NCBI GenBank assembly: GCA_040437565.1
Contig: JBDOQK010000001.1
Location: 682,001 to 746,000, forward strand
Reading direction: 5' to 3'
Source: Albugo candida
Taxonomy: Eukaryota
DNA: 64,000 nt
The notes under the pieces were generated by a model. It had not been told where the DNA came from and did not search any database. It was given only the letters and a program-made list of their open reading frames with translations. The number at the start of each line of letters is the position of its first letter. The first letter of the stretch is position 1. Position numbers and translations under genes: made by a program. This document shows, piece after piece, positions 37,052 through 49,530 of the stretch.

Positions 37052-39795
37052 ATGCTACCGCCCTCACAGCCGATGACAATGCCTCCAAATCAATCGTCTC
37101 AACAAAATCCCAACATGTTTATGTTCCCATCCACATCGATGCCTTCGGAATCCTTCACTGCACTCATGAGTCGCAATCCGTCTCAAATGCATCACTCAAT
37201 GCAAATGCCAATGGCTATGCCAATGTCCCTCCCAATGATGCCCTCACATGTCCACACGACGCAATCGCCAACTCACAATTACTCACATGCGATGGCATTG
37301 GCAGTTAATCTTTTTGCGAATTCTAGTCCGGCGACTTCATCAATGGGAATGCCTGGACGGCATACCACGCACTCGACCAACATGAACATGTTGCCAAAAA
37401 TGAGCACAAGTCTTCCTCGTGGTAGCCATGTCGAAGAAAACCGAACGTTGGTGGGACACTCTACTTCCTCAATGGACGCTTCTCTACTACAAGCGAGTTT
37501 GGAACATCCAGAAGCTCCAAATTTACTAAAACAATATCAATTAGAATGGAGAAATTGTAATGAAAAGCGTCGAGATGTCGACAATGAGCCAGTAAGTACG
37601 ATTGAGAAACAATTACAGCCACTCATAGACAGCAAATGCCGTGTCCATTCCTTGGTGGATGTCGAGACTTTCCTTGCAATTGTACAAGCTGCAAAAACGG
37701 AGACTGAACAAGCTTTTGTATTGGTGATCCTTCGAGCGACAACTCAACTTGCAAGTTCCGCGTCATCCGAACAAAAGCGTCTGGCTAAAGCAACAGCTCG
37801 TGGGTTTGAAAAAAACGGAGGCTTGAAACTCGCCAGAAGCTGGATTGAAAAGGGAGTTGACAACAATCATCGAGATCTGCTCGTTTTGCTACTCGATGTA
37901 TTACGTCATCTACCCTTACGGCTCTCAAGTATTACAGACGCTAGAATCAATGAGCCAATTGTCAAACTCAAGAAAACCGCTCGTGACGAAATCGTCAAGA
38001 AAAGCGCCCAAGAACTGCTCAAGTATTGGCGAGCTCGATTCACCGAAAAGGAGATGGCGAGAACTGCAAATTTATCTTCCGCTAAAGTCTCTTCGGAGTT
38101 AAGTAATCTATCTTCCTCGTCGCCGGTGGGCACCAGTGCCACCAGCATCCCTACTGCTCCACGAATTAGTCATCGCCCAATTGCATCAGCAAAAGCGATA
38201 TCCAATTCCAAAGCTCATTTGTTCTCCAGAGACTCGGCTATAAATTTGAAAAAACGAGCCGTTAAGATCAAACACCTCGAACAATTGCCATTTAATGGCG
38301 GTACATCGGTCTCCAAAACGTCGAGTGATTTGATTGACAATCTCAAACAGCGAAATGCTGTGAAGGAAGTCACTGCATCGACCAACAGTAGCACAAACAG
38401 TAGCAAGGCGAATAATGAAAATGCTGCTTTAAATGAAAGCTGTAGTGCTGCAAATGAAAATAAGTCTGTGACTGTTCCATCCGACAATAACCCCAAAAAT
38501 GAGCAAGATGTGGCGATGCAATTACCGGCGATACAAAGCTTTGGATCCGTTTCCAAAAGCGTCTCAAAGAAAATCCGATGGGCCGATGAACAAGGCGAAG
38601 AACTGGTTCGAGTCCAACTCATTGAGTCATGGCGGGATCATCTTCCGTCCACGGCTGGAATGAATGATGAAAGCTTTCAACATGCGAAATTACGGGAGCA
38701 CGCCGATGAGCGCAATGCGCTTCAATCACAAAAGCAGCGAGTACACATACAAGCAACTCATGAGTGGTATACTCCTCCACTTATCCAACTTCCAGAGGCT
38801 ATTGCGACCCGCTTGCAATCACCGGTAAAGACTGAAGAATATAAAGGACAGACCGCGAGGACTCGACACGAAATGGAGTATTTGGTGTTGGATGGTGAGA
38901 CACCGCAAGCTTCTCCTAAAGAGTGGACACGAGGAGTCAATGAACGGAATCAATCTGGACCGCCCGTACCAATTCCACTGAGTGAGGTGGGATGACTCGA
39001 TCACTTTTCTAGAGAATTGATTGCTTATTGATTGATTTGTAGATTGTGCACGACGACGAAGGATTCCCGCCGACTGAGGAACGCATCGGAGACGGGAGTG
39101 AGGAACATGTAACAGACAATAAAACGACCCTCGAAGACGATGATGATCGAGATTACGGGGAGGAATTGGAAGAAGAGGCAGCATTACGAGACGCGTTGGG
39201 TCCACTAAAACGGAGTACAATCGCACTCCTCATCGAAAATGAGGACTCACTACCTCAAATCTGTGAAGAAGCTCAACGCAATGGAAATCGTATTTCAGAC
39301 GCACGTATTCTTGATATAATTGCTGGTAAACAAATGCGGAATCACAACGGCTACTCTTCCATGCCTCATCCTCCAGCCGGGTATTATCATCCGCACGGAC
39401 CGCCTACGGTTGGGTATCATCCATACGCACAAGGTGCCATATCTCATCGTATGCCACGTCCTTACCCCGACCAAATTCCATTGAAACGGAAATTGCCAGG
39501 GTCTATGGGTCCCAACGGAGGAGGGATTTTGGCAGATGCCCCACCTCCATTCAAGCGTCTGATGCGGAAAGGACCCGCAGCATTAACGTGTATGTATCAC
39601 TACTCTCCGGCTGGGTGCAAGCACGGCGCTGGGTGTCAGTATTCTCACGACGTCCCACCGGGACCGTACCCGCAAAGCTTGAATGAGGTCCATCATCCTA
39701 ATAATATGAATGGAATGCATCCGCCCATCTCGCATTTTGAGCCTGGTCGAATGGGATTTCAAGGACCAGCGAATCATCGACAGATGCGACGATGA
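37052..39795 (+). CDS. PNUTS/PPP1R10-like PP1 nuclear targeting subunit (TFIIS-N domain, RVxF motif, C3H1 zinc finger), 2 coding exons
   Basis: The TFIIS-N-like segment is LLDVLRHLPLRLSSITDARINEPIVKLKK...VKKSAQELLKYW. KKIRWADE..EELVRVQLIE provides RVxF plus phi-phi, followed by FQHAKLREH. The C3H1 finger is CMYHYSPAGCKHGAGCQYSH. The intron is 38987-39042. The start at 37052 is inferred. Confidence 0.78.
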
Positions 39796-39875
39796 AAACG
39801 GCTGCTGATTGGTTTTTTATCCATAGAATATGACGTTTGTTTATAAATAATATCATGATTATGTGCGATTACACT

Positions 39876-40434
39876 CTAAATATGTGAATGAATGTCATTT
39901 TTCGACGATTTAGATTGGGTTAAAGTCGTGCGGACAGGCTGGAACGCGTAGATATCGGATTCGATGGGTTTACTATCGTTTGTGGAAGAATCTGCGACGT
40001 AAATATGGGAATCATTGCAAATTTTAACTTCGTGTGTCCGCTGTTTGACGCCTTTGGATTTTACGACTGCGACTTGGGACGTGGAGTGAGCGGTTGGCTG
40101 GATACCCAAGTATAAGCCTTCTCCAGTGTCTATTGCGATATGGTAATGATGCCAGGGACAAGTAATTACCGCTTTTCCACCGATTTCCTCGATATCGCCT
40201 TCGTGGAGAGGACCACCATGATCTAGTGAGAATAGTATAGCATGAAAGTTGGTGTTTATTGTAGGATATACACGTACGATAGCATGTTTGGTCAATACAA
40301 AAGACTTCTCCGTGCCGCAGGTGAATCAACAAAATACTCCGTTGCGTTGATGGTAAGTAGAAACACCGTTTTGACCCTACTTCAATCTCATCTAGTCGAC
40401 ATATATACTCAAAATTGTCCGCTTTCTTTGACAT
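39876..40434 (-). CDS. Rieske [2Fe-2S] domain protein (RFESD-like), 2 exons
   Basis: Splicing intron 40277-40223 joins IDQTCYHHGGPLHEGDIEEI and CPWHHY (CxH...CxxH ligands). KSKGVKQRTHEV follows. Confidence 0.9.
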
Positions 40435-40681
40435 TGTATGACTATACGAGTGTCTGCAAACAATGAGCCTTGTGCTTACTACTTCTATCATTGGCAATAA
40501 TCAAACGCTTTAAAACNNNNNNNNNNNNNNNNNNNNNNNNNNNNNNNNNNNNNNNNNNNNNNNNNNNNNNNNNNNNNNNNNNNNNNNNNNNNNNNNNNNN
40601 NNNNNNNNNNNNNNNNCGCTTTAAAACCAATCATGTCGCGTACACCACAGCGCCATTACTAAACCGTTGCTATCAACATCG

Positions 40682-41102
40682 ATGCAATCATCCGAAGCTT
40701 TAGGGGCCTCTCCCACCGCTTTGGATACCAACAATCGACTACAAAAACTAGTGGATCTCCTAAATGAAGAGGAATATACAAAAGACAGCAGTATGGAGTC
40801 AGAATTTGACGAAAAATTGCTTGAGTTTTATCCAAATTTCCACACTCGTCATCTCAGCGAGAAAGTAAAAGACACGGACGATGGGAGGGCATCCGCTCCG
40901 ACCGACCCTTCTCACTGCGTGGAATGCAACACACACGTTTCTCAAGTATTTTGCGAGCAATGTCACGATTACTTCTGTGAGCTTTGTTTCAGCGGGCAAC
41001 ATCGGAAGGGGAATCGTAGACTCCATACAATCCAGCCGTGTATTCCAGCGGTAAGTGATCATCCAAAATATCTCATATCCCTTACTTTCATATAAATGGT
41101 CT
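40682..41102 (+). CDS. 5' exon of the B-box/DUF2009 gene (B-box zinc finger), ending at a gap
   Basis: The B-box is CVECNTHVSQVFCEQCHDYFCELCFSGQHRKGNRRLH. A splice donor gcg|gtaagt follows 41050. Bases 40841-41102 are identical to 58886-59147. Confidence 0.8.
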
Positions 41103-41491
41103 NNNNNNNNNNNNNNNNNNNNNNNNNNNNNNNNNNNNNNNNNNNNNNNNNNNNNNNNNNNNNNNNNNNNNNNNNNNNNNNNNNNNNNNNNNNNNNNNNN
41201 NNTGAATGGAGTTACAGGAGGAGTTGAAAATGTTTAAAACGAGTTTTCTGACGCTTCAATAATATATTAAACAACATCGAAGAAGTGCGTTTGGTTCTTC
41301 TGAAATGGTTTGGAGAGGAGGGAAAGACTTCTAAAAGAAAGATGCGACGAAACTCAAGCGAGAACAGAAAGGAAAGAGGGTCAGAAAAAGAGGTAAGAAT
41401 ATCTGAATCGAGTTTTGTTATGGCTTTACACGCATTTGAAACCTTCGCTGAAGTGAGTTTGGATGTTCTGTAAGCTTTTGAATAGAAGGGG

Positions 41492-41552
41492 ATGACTTCA
41501 AAAATTAAGCTCACTATGAATGACTTCAAAATCAAGCTCACCACCATGACTT
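41492..41552. repeat. Imperfect ~27-28 bp tandem repeat
   Basis: atgacttcaaaa(a)t(t/c)aagctcac units start at 41492 and 41520, with a partial unit at 41546. Confidence 0.8.
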
Positions 41553-42263
41553 GTCCTGATTTTTGTATACTACTCTTTAGTTACTGCGAGTTTGCATTTG
41601 GCCTCAACAAGCTTTTCAAACTGCATTTGTGCTTCATTTGGCACTCCAATGATCCTCTGCTTTGCTGGATGCATTGAGCTTTCTTCATTCCCGGCTTCCT
41701 GTCTATTGATGTTGTTTCCAGAATCTTCAAAGTGCTTCCATTTCAGTAAGCAAAGCTTTCAGACACTTACAAGTGCCAAAAATCTCTTTGATCTTGTTTT
41801 TTGCTCCGTGAGGATAACTTTTTTTACCCCTTCCTGCTAGAAAGTTATCCCACGTTGGCGATCTAGCTCGTCAATGTTCCTGGAACAAGTTGAGGCTGGT
41901 CTTAATTGCGTTATTGTGTGCTTTCTTAATCCTGGATATTGGATCTATCTTTTAGCTGATATTCCACCGCGTTGACGTGCATTTTGCACAGAACTGCCAA
42001 AACTGTCCCTTTAGCTACTTCGGAAAACTTCGAAAATTCTTCTTCTTTGTTCCGTTTACTTCAGTATGCCTTCCGCTGATCTCTTCGGTTGACTCCAACA
42101 TATTCGTCTGATGTGTTGCTCCAATATTGCGCCATTTATTCTCTCATTTTTATGTTCGGAATTCTTTTCTTGTGTGTTTTTCTGTTGCATGAGAAAATCC
42201 TCCTTTTTCTTACGTCCTATCGTTCAATTTTCTCCAGCGTCTCTACCTCAAGCTGAAAACGTT

Positions 42264-42458
42264 CTATTGATAGCCAGACGATAAGATTCTCTTAGTCGCA
42301 GATGCTAATGGTACCCAGTGCCTTTCATTTGACTTAGAAAAGACACTTATTTGGACCTCGCACTCTTCGGCATTACGAGAGTTGATAAAAAGCTTATGCA
42401 TGACGAGATAGACGCAGTTTGGCGTGCATTTCCATAATTTCTTTTCATTCATATCCAA
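42264..42458 (-). mobile_element. Possible degenerate Ty3/gypsy RNase H remnant
   Basis: HKLFINSRNAEECEVQISVFSKSNERHWVPLASATKRI weakly resembles the gypsy pattern pF.l.tDAS...GavL.Q....W.PvAfaSrkL. Confidence 0.3.
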
Positions 42459-42809
42459 TGACCTTCGTACCGGAAATCAGTAATTTCAAGCGATAGCTTT
42501 TCACGCGAACCATAGAGCTGATATGACTAACGCTGATGGTTTGGTTGTCCGCATAATACTTTGTAAGGCGATAAAATGCTTGCCAAAATTGTAGCAATAC
42601 GGAGATTTGGTGTAAACACTAATATGGCATTAGATAATTTCACAATAGCATATACAGCCTCATATGGAATCGCAAGATGGAAAGTCGTACAATGACTAAC
42701 AACTTCAAGATCAGACAGTTTATATCATTCAGCTTTACTAGCGTCGTTATCTTATGCTCTCGGGATAGCAGTCACGTCCAAGTGGTCCTGTATCGCCATT
42801 TCGTCGATC

Positions 42810-44020
42810 ATGAAGATCGCCCATGCGTTATCAAATGTTTATAGTAGCGACCTTGTCTTCGGCTTCGACTTCAGCGACTATAAAGATGACGAAGGTCACA
42901 TTTGTCCGCATTTCGTGGCACATAAACCAGATTATTAGAAGCAATCTTGAGTGTTTTGATATGTCGATAATGAAGGCGAGTGTATCCAGCATTTCTGGTG
43001 AAGTTGCCGGTATTGAGCAAACGTTCGAAAAGGTCTCTTCTTTCCCTCACGAAATTACCGAGGTTATACGGCTGCCAATATCGAGTCGATTCAAATTACA
43101 GTCAAAGAGGAATCCCCAAGAAAGGTTGAAGGTAATGAAGGAAGCGACACGGCTGGTGTTGATCTTGATGATACCAGAACAGTTACTTAAACTTAGAGAG
43201 CATGAGAGTGGAAAGAGACGACCAAAAGGATGTACAACGAGTATCTGGCAATATTACAAGGAACGAGGCGGAGCTAACCGAAGACTATGGCGCTGAAATC
43301 GTATAAACTGAATGCATGAGCACAATTAGCGATATTATAAATGAAGGAAACGAGCCTTTTGAAACGCACTCGGAAGAGTATAGATTACCTTATGCAAGAT
43401 CCACCGGCGAAGAAAATGACTTAGCAGAGACTTTGGACAATTTGCATGTGGAAACGAACGGTGATATCACGATGTAAAAAGACGAAACAAATGGCTCTTT
43501 TGTTGAGACTGTCACGACGGAATATAAATTCATTGGTGTCTCATGGAACATGGAACGTATTATAGAACAACTGTCGAGTATTTAGAGTCAGAGAGTATTG
43601 TCAAAGATATAATTCGAGCTAAAGAAGTTCGAAATGAATAGAATGACATACACAACGAGGATGCTGTTTATAATTTGGACGATGTAAACACTGCAGATTC
43701 CGAAGCTGAAGTCGAAGACCACTTTGTAAACTTTCTTGAAGCTTTGTAGAGTCGTAAAGCACTCGATCGAGGAATAGTCAAGGAACGAGTCTTGCTGAAT
43801 AGCAATGTTGTTAACATTGAGAACGAGCACAGTTTCATATAAAACATTCCTGTCGGGTAGAATATAGAAGAGATTGGAAGCGATGTGACAACATAGATTA
43901 ATGACGCATTTACGAGCAATCGTAGTGATGATAGCACACAGGGAAGCGCCTTTGAGAATTATGTCTCGTAAGGAAACTGAAGTGACGTTGGTATCGTATG
44001 TATATTGGAGAATCAAGAAA
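42810..44020 (+). pseudogene. Decayed gene for an acidic, low-complexity protein
   Basis: Long D/E/N/T-rich readable stretches (e.g. VKEESPRKVEGNEGSDTAGVDLDDT; EENDLAETLDNLHVETNGDITM*KDETNG; NLDDVNTADSEAEVEDHFVNFLEAL*) are broken by isolated TAA/TAG stops and frameshifts. Confidence 0.5.
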
Positions 44021-44449
44021 AAACAGAAACAACTGTGTAAAAGTATCGTTTATATTGCTTGAATTAGCTGAATACTCCTCGAAAGGCATCTAACAAGATC
44101 ATGACCACTGTTTTATGGATTGATTCGTCTGTGATGTGTTTTCAATCACGAAGATATGTTACCCATGGAGATGGTAGGAATGTATTGAAAGAGAAGGCAA
44201 CTCAAATACAACAGCGCATATTAGAAAAAAGAGTAAGTTTAGAATACCCTAGTAAAGGAATTTATGTCGGTGGGATCGGCGCGTACTTTACCAGACAGAA
44301 ATTTTCCAGTGGATAATGTCCTATCGCATTAGTTAAGAGGAGAAGGTAATGTTAGCAGATTAAAAGGCCTCCTGAAGTGTTCTTTTACACATCGAAATGG
44401 GAAATCTGAACTTAAATTCAGTAAGAAGGGTGATGGGTGAGTGATGAGC

Positions 44450-45250
44450 GGTAAAGCTACTTTTTCAGCAAGGAGGGAGCGATCAGTCTCTTTTGCCGAT
44501 TGGATAGGCGTGTATGATTGTAGAGAATGTTTTATCGCGATCAATGAAAAAAATTGTGATGAGAATAAGGAAGCAATCAATGAGTGATGAGATTGATATC
44601 AAAAGTGTAGGGAGAGCCAAGAATCTTTTCAATCAAAATTGTAGTCTTCTCGGAGCGGGCGTTATGCTTTATAGGTATCATCAAACATGAAATGCAAAAA
44701 CGAAAGAAAAAGAAGTAGAGTGGTTGGATGGTATAGAAATGGGACTTTTATGTTGGAAATGGATTCATTTCAATTATGGTCCTTGCGTGGCAGTACTGCA
44801 AAGCGCAGCGCAAAGAATAAGAAAGCGAAGGTTTGAGCGAGTAGCCTGAGAGAGTGCCTAGTGACGTTGGGGTCACAAATGAAGAGATTATGATGAGTGT
44901 CGTCTCCTGACTTTTATGATTCTATAAAGTAATGGGTATGTGTTCAACCATCGAGCGGTTTGATATAGCAAATCGCATATTTGTAGAGTTTCGATAAAGT
45001 AATAAAGTATACTAAGGGAACGAGAGGTGGTCGAAACAATACATTTATTTAGAGGGATGCGCTTCTGTTATCACAAGAGTGTGGTATTTCATGTTACTCG
45101 AACAGATAGCAGAGAATATCAAATATCGAATTATCATGAGAAGAGATATATTATCAAAAGTCGGCTTATCACGTGCGTACATTACCACAGTAAATATATG
45201 AGCGCTGGCGATCGTATCACATGGATCAAGCAAGCTCAGAGATGACATGA
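44450..45250 (+). mobile_element. Highly degenerate Ty1/copia RT-RNase H remnant
   Basis: Fragments occur in copia order: IGVYD (cf. vYVDD), IDIKSVGRAKNLF (cf. FemKdlG.ak.fLG) and NIKYRIIMRRDILSK...YITTVNI*A (cf. HIdirYHfvRd....yi.T..m.AD). There are many stops. Confidence 0.45.
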
Positions 45251-48200
45251 CAGTAGGCTACAGCATTCACTTGTTGTGGAAGTGTCAAAACGGAACATTC
45301 AGTAATCATATTACTATCAAGAGGTATTCAGTGTGCACAAAAGAGTGGCTACGGTCACTAAAGTTCAATCACAAGGGATCAGGGAGCGAATAAGTTAAGT
45401 TGATTGCAACTGAAGCAGGCGACGAGTCTTGAATTGCTACTGGTATCTGGTTTCTCTATCAACTGATGAGTCATTAGATGACTTGCATCAAAAATGTTTT
45501 TAGCCTTGTCCGCCTATTGAGTATGTTTCCCCCGCGATCGCCTGATACTAACGCTAGAGGAGAGCACAACAGTTAAATATTGTAAGCAGGTAGGAACAGT
45601 AACTAAGACATTGAGTAATATAGTTAATGCCACGATTGAGAAGTGCGTGAAGAGGTTGTTATCATAAATTGTAGTGATGTCAAAATGCTGCTAATGGCTC
45701 ACATGGAATCAAATATGTTGAAGCATAATATGAAGAGAGTGTGGAGAGCTTGGTACGGTATACTGTCGAGTCACGGTTCATATCGTTTGGCCTACATCAC
45801 TCTGCTCTTTGTTTCTTGTTCTAGTATTCTCTAGTTCCTCTGAATAGCGCGAAACAACGAAGTGATAAGATTTCACCAAGCATCACTTCCCATCTCACTT
45901 AAAAAAAGAATACTTTATCACTCTTCCAAGATAACAATGATGACTTTTTATTACTGTTACGCTCGAACTAACTATCGTGCAGGTGATATTATGAGAAAGC
46001 CCAATCACTTTGTATTCATTGGAAGTGTAACTCAACAACAGTTCGCATCAAACTAGACGATGACATGTATAGAGAGATTAAGCATAGTAAATTTCTTACC
46101 CAACAATCTAGATTTATGCATTGAACACATTGAGCACGAAAGTAGTTCATATAGACACTGACTGGATTAATAAAGTGCATACAGGCTTGACAGTATTGCA
46201 ACTAGATTGGCGAGGGTGAGGATTTCATGACGATAATTTACAACACAAGTTGTCACATTATTGAACATGATGGAGTGCTTGCTGTAAAATGTTGGATTTC
46301 TGAAAGATGCTACTACGAACATACAACTTCCGAGTACCTAAAGTGAAGGGAGCGTGAAAAAAAAACTCTCAACTCTGTGAAAATGCAAGTGCAGACACAA
46401 ACCAGGATTGCGTTGGCTTCGGACGCACTATTGAACACTTGCTTGATGGAGCAACAGCTTCTTGACGATCCACGCATTTCTACTCGTATGCCAACTATGA
46501 AATGCTGGCCGCAGATACTGATTTCTATTATATACAATAAAAAAGCCTAGAAATTATGAGCACAGAAATAGATCATAGATCAGCTAAAAGTCAGATAGAG
46601 AACTAGATAATTAAACAGATGATCAACTTTGCTCAACATTTGTATAGGAATCGATATGAGGAAAGGCAAAAGGGGATAGATAACTTGGAGTGAGCAGTCA
46701 AACATACAACACTGTTCGTTTTCACTTTATATGAATTTGAATACATGGAAATAATTGAAAGAGAAGTTGAATAAATATTACCATGGAATCTTTACACGAC
46801 TTCTTACTGGTGTCTATATCTTGACCCGTCCTGCGTTCTACTTGCATTTACAGCTGATTATTTCTTGCAAATATTTAAATGAATGAAAATGTAACGGGTC
46901 TGTGTATGTCAGCTTCGGATTAATTCATCAGCTTCAGGTTACAAGCATATGGCTGGTAAGTGCATTTCGTATGTACCAGCTCCTAGAAATTTGGGATTGC
47001 TTTGAGAAGTAACGACTTGGAAGCGTAGCAGCAAGCAAGCAGAAGCAAAGTTGACACCCGTGTTTCAGCGAAGCTGCTAAGTTCGAGCGTTATCTTCTAC
47101 TCGACGTTCGGAAAATCAGAGAATCTAAAAGTACGTACATGCGTTTGATGTGGCGTACAGCTTATCCTCCATGATGAATCTCAGTGGGTAGATTACCTTG
47201 CTACGTAAGTATAGTACTACAAGAAAGTCAACACATACTTGTTTCTGTAAGCAGCTGATGAGCAAGATCTGCAAACCATGAGCGGAGATGATAGTATATG
47301 AACTTCTCGAATGTACAAAACAACCGGAATAATCAATTAGGAAGGGAGTATACGATAACAAGTTGTAGAAGAGCGAGATAGCTTGTACGGAGTTGCTTAG
47401 TCTGTCTTTATCCGACAGAGTTTTGTAACGACCAGTGTGGTATTATATACCAGGTCTATCCCATTATTGCGGAGTCTGCGTTCAATTTTGCATTAACGAC
47501 CAAGTCGAATGCTACAAGAAGAAGATTTTAAATTGCTTTCTTCCGACGTGTCAGCTTATCGGTTATTTGACAGCTTTGAAGACATATTTCAACACCATTG
47601 ACTGGCTGATGGCATGCCACTGAGCCTCGCCTCGCACCATACGAAAAACGCTTTAAAAATGGCACTATCGTATATTAGCCTACTGAGCATTCATCCTCAA
47701 GAAAGACTGTGTTCGATAAAATTTCATCAACTTCGAGAACACTGTGCCATGATTAAAGTCAACCTGAGTGCATGGTTTATCCTTTTGAATGCTTTCAATG
47801 GCTGTCACCTATTGACCAGTATTCTGCGTTTCACAATGCAATGCCATTGAGAAAATCAAATGATATCATGTGGTATCTGGCATTTTTAAAAGGTGAGAGC
47901 AAAAAGCATACTGTTGAAGCTTTGTTTACCTATTAGCTTCAATATCATCTTCTAAATTCTCGTACGATTGGTATCTACCGGAAGGATTATTTTTAGCAGC
48001 ATTTGATGTACGCCAATCCAACCAAACGCTTGCCAATATCAATGTGCGCAACATCCCAGTAACTTAATCTTACGACCATCGAAAGCGAGGGATGGAGGCG
48101 AGTCATCAGCATTCACTAATCTTGCTTACGAATGACGTGCTGAAATTCATATTGATAGAAGGCCATGATCCCATAAAAGCTCAATATGCTCAGACTTTCG

Positions 48201-49251
48201 CTCTAGTGAGCGCTATGGACCATTTCTTGCACTTCATTAGTAGGCTGTGATTGTTTTTATGATCATGAGCTGTATAAAGCCAGCTATCGCCAAATGCATT
48301 TCTGACAAAACAGGATAATAAGTATGACACGGATACAGCGGAGCTATCATGACATTGCTTGCATGTAATATAGGAAAAATTCGTTTATAGCTTGGCGAAT
48401 CTAGATAATCGTAACTTATGATTCAGCTTATCGTTTTGTCTGAGTGGTAAAATGCGCTAACTGACATCATAGACGACTGCAATCTATCAAATCATTATGC
48501 ACGTATCTTGGCCGTCGAAATAAAAAAATAATGCCACTCGTCCATGAAAGCGATCAACCTGATGTGAGTATAACATGCGCATGACGATTCTACTGATTAG
48601 AGGATGCAATGATCGATTCCGTTGAAGCAGTCATCGTGGCTTATCTGGTCTAGCTAGTTTTGAGTAGACTAACATATCCGATCCTCTATAGTTCTGCTCG
48701 AATTGGTAAGTAGACGAGATTGTGGTAAAATTGCTTTAAACCGTTTCAATTGAGTATTAGTGCGATACGACGGGATGTACTTCTTCAATAAATAGCGAGA
48801 AATACCTTGCTACGACTTCAATCATGCGGGCGGTTTGTCCACAAGCCCAGAACGCATCGGAATGGGTAATTGATTCCTTACAAGACGGTGCCAGTTTTCT
48901 TAGCATTCGTGTCTTAATCCAAAGACGTTTTATCCCTCCATAACGTTTACCGAAGCTTTTCAATTCTCATACGAGATCTTAGATGAGTGTATGTATACAC
49001 TCGACCTTGTGAACTCGGCGCAATCTCTAGAACAAAGTAGACGCAAAATCATTGCAATAAAGTTGTCGCGCAACGCATTTGTCTGATGAACATGAGATGT
49101 AGATAAATAAGATTCTTCTTGAAAATAGGCCAAAATAGGCATGTTTTTTTACAATGCAAGGCTCGCAGATAACCTTCAGCGCCCATTTATGAATGCGAGT
49201 TAAATCTAAAAGAACTGGTGGATACCGGATTATGATACAGGAACCCCCAGA

Positions 49252-49530
49252 ACCGTTGGTCATCTTCCCCACTAATTGAGAAGAATCCGGGTGTTGCCAA
49301 ATTTAGGATGACTGTGGACGTGCGGGCGGTAAATGCCCAAATGGAGCGAGTACAGTGGCCCCTGCTTATGATTGAAGCGATTTTTGAGCACCTTCAAGGC
49401 TCAAAAGTCTACTTCTTACTGGACTTTTTCAAAGGCTACTGGAAGTTCCTACGGAATGAAAGCTGTCAGGAGTTGTTCGTTTTCTTGACGAATATGGGTG
49501 TACACACCCCAGCAAGAGTTCTTTTGGTGG
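49252..49530 (+). mobile_element. Ty3/gypsy reverse transcriptase fragment
   Basis: NRWSSSPLIEKNPGVAKFRMTVDVRAVNAQMERVQWPL..IEAIFEHLQGSKVYFLLDFFKGYWKF..ESCQELFVFLTNMGVHTPARV covers the gypsy RT N-terminal motifs. It is truncated before YxDD. Confidence 0.85.

Larger units (their letters stand above)
8238..41202. other. Eleven 100-N scaffold gaps (starting 8238, 11262, 12205, 19259, 23292, 26696, 30406, 32675, 35862, 40517, 41103)
   Basis: The gaps are directly visible. Nine have immediate flank duplications of 11-315 bp. Confidence 0.97.
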
